NCBI GenBank assembly: GCA_040753155.1
Contig: JBFMEU010000004.1
Location: forward strand, 1,056 to 65,055
Source: Bacillota bacterium
GTDB taxonomy: Bacteria; Bacillota; Desulfotomaculia; Desulfotomaculales; JBFMEU01
Reading direction: 5' to 3'
Length of the DNA: 64,000 bases
Shown here: positions 62,651 through 64,000 of the stretch, piece after piece
How positions within the stretch are numbered: the stretch's first letter is position 1
Layout of the letters: every line of letters starts with the position of its first letter
Position numbers and translations under genes: made by a program
The notes under the pieces: generated by a model
The model's database searches: none
What the model saw: the letters and a program-made list of their open reading frames with translations, nothing else
What the model was told of the DNA's origin: nothing

Positions 62651-63898
62651 ATGTACCATCTTATCTTTGCCGATGAGCAAGGCAGGTTTTATGACCGGCG
62701 AAACCTTTCAGCAGCAGGGCGTACCGGCGACAGGCTGGTGGAAATCCTGCCCGAAGACATGATTGAGCTGCCTCCCGGCGCCTCCCTGGTGATGCTGCCG
62801 GATAGAGCCCCGGTGGGCCTGAGACACTCTTTTGCCTCCCTGGACCGGGTACCCGGAACCCTTGAGCCGGCAGTGGCGGTCGGCGCGCTGCTGCCCCAGG
62901 GGTACACCCGAACTTTGTTGCCGGCTTTTCGCCGCGCCCCGGCCGGCAGGCCGCTGCCCCTGCTGGGCTATGCGGCGGTGGGCTGGCGGGAGGGCAAGGT
63001 TTGGACGGCGGCCCGGCGCACCGACGACCCCACCCGCTGGGCTCCGTCCTGCTTCAATACAGCGGAGCTGCCCGGGCTGGTTCAGGACCGCCTGGCAAGA
63101 TCAAATAGCGGCCTGCTGCGCCACCTGGCCCGCTGTGCTCTGGAATACAGCTGCTACACCGCCCAGAACATTTTTTACCGCCGCTGGGAGGGCGGGCTGC
63201 CGGTTTCCCCGGTCTGCAACGCCCGCTGCCTGGGCTGTATTTCCCGGCAGCCCGCGGAATGTTGCCCGGCTCCCCAGTCCCGGATTGCCGCCGTTCCGCC
63301 CTTGAAAGAGGCGGTGGAGCTGGCGGCGGGGCACCTGGAGCAGGCCCCGGAGGCCATTATCAGCTTCGGCCAGGGCTGTGAGGGGGAACCGTCCCTGGCG
63401 GCGGATACTGTGGCCGGGGTAATCAGGCAAACAAGAGCCAGAACAGGCCGGGGCACCTTGAACATGAACAGTAATGCCGGTTATACAGCCGGCGTGCAAA
63501 AAATTTGCGCCGCCGGGCTGGACTCCGTCAGGATCAGCCTGATCAGCGCCCGGGACGAAGTCTACCGGGCTTACTGCCGCCCCCGGGATTACAGCCTGGC
63601 GGACGTGCGCCGCTCCCTGGCCGTCTGCCGGGACCACGGCGTTCATATGGCCCTGAACCTGCTGGTGTTTCCCGGCCTGACCGACCGCTGCGGGGAAATG
63701 GAAGCCCTGCTGGACCTCATTGAAGAAGCGGGGGTGGAGCAGGTTCAGCTGCGCAATTTGAACATCGACCCGGACCACCTGTGGCAGATGCTGCGCCCCG
63801 GGGAAGACGAAATACTGGGCATCCCGGCGCTGATTGACGCCCTGAAGGACATCCCGGGCCTGGAAGTGGGCAATTTCAGCCGGCCCCTGCGGGGTTGA
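62651..63898 (+). CDS. radical SAM protein (unassigned subfamily)
   Basis: 415 aa with the CNARCLGC CxxxCxxC motif and a TIM-barrel-like remainder. Confidence 0.65.
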   Translation: MYHLIFADEQGRFYDRRNLSAAGRTGDRLVEILPEDMIELPPGASLVMLPDRAPVGLRHSFASLDRVPGTLEPAVAVGALLPQGYTRTLLPAFRRAPAGRPLPLLGYAAVGWREGKVWTAARRTDDPTRWAPSCFNTAELPGLVQDRLARSNSGLLRHLARCALEYSCYTAQNIFYRRWEGGLPVSPVCNARCLGCISRQPAECCPAPQSRIAAVPPLKEAVELAAGHLEQAPEAIISFGQGCEGEPSLAADTVAGVIRQTRARTGRGTLNMNSNAGYTAGVQKICAAGLDSVRISLISARDEVYRAYCRPRDYSLADVRRSLAVCRDHGVHMALNLLVFPGLTDRCGEMEALLDLIEEAGVEQVQLRNLNIDPDHLWQMLRPGEDEILGIPALIDALKDIPGLEVGNFSRPLRG

Positions 63899-63903
63899 GC
63901 TTC

Positions 63904-64000
63904 ATCACTGAACTAATCCGCCCTAAGACCCCCGCCTCTGTAGGCGGCGGGTTTCAAAGGGCGGTTAAGTCCAGTATGGACTCGGCTAACATTCAGAGGG
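63904..64000 (+). repeat. family-A repeat, copy A7 (cut by the window end)
   Basis: atcactgaactaatccgccc...ggctaacattcagaggg, preceded by ttcat. It starts 6 nt after the radical SAM gene stop. Confidence 0.9.

Overview
This 64 kb chromosomal window most likely comes from a spore-forming, sulfate-reducing Firmicute of the Desulfotomaculum/Peptococcaceae type. That placement is an inference from gene content: dsrAB-dsrD, a ferredoxin-dsrMK-dsrC-dsrN cluster with no dsrJOP, sleB-ypeB, cotS/cotS/cotSA-like genes, and a SCIFF peptide with its radical SAM maturase. Housekeeping genes present are murA, glnS, argS, pyrG, sppA, fba, tal, rho and tRNA-Gly(CCC).

Nt 1-7500 is a decayed accessory zone. 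It holds an Rpn-like nuclease end, two transposase fragments, a truncated RHS/YD-repeat gene followed by AT-rich DNA, a RelE/AbrB-type toxin-antitoxin (TA) pair and a polysaccharide locus. A MntA/HepT TA pair with gene debris lies at about 20.0-23.3 kb.

The most unusual content is non-coding. At least six families of short hairpin-forming interspersed repeats fill much of the intergenic space, roughly 3.5-4 kb by my hand count.
- Family B has 10 copies. It has terminal inverted repeats built from CAGGAGT heptamer arrays, carries remnants of a four-helix-bundle (23S rRNA IVS-protein/Avd-like) gene, and 6 copies have 8-9 bp flanking direct repeats.
- Family A has 7 copies of a 131 bp three-hairpin element. 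Each is preceded by TTNAT and ends in TCAA, with no TIR or TSD.
- Families C, D, E and F and a GC-rich B' variant are nested inside or next to these.
- One B copy separates a T-box leader from its genes, A copies supply gene ends, and paaK and the pyrG promoter are bracketed by repeats.

I recognise no CRISPR array, rRNA or prophage. All repeat alignments and coordinates were made by eye and need computational confirmation.
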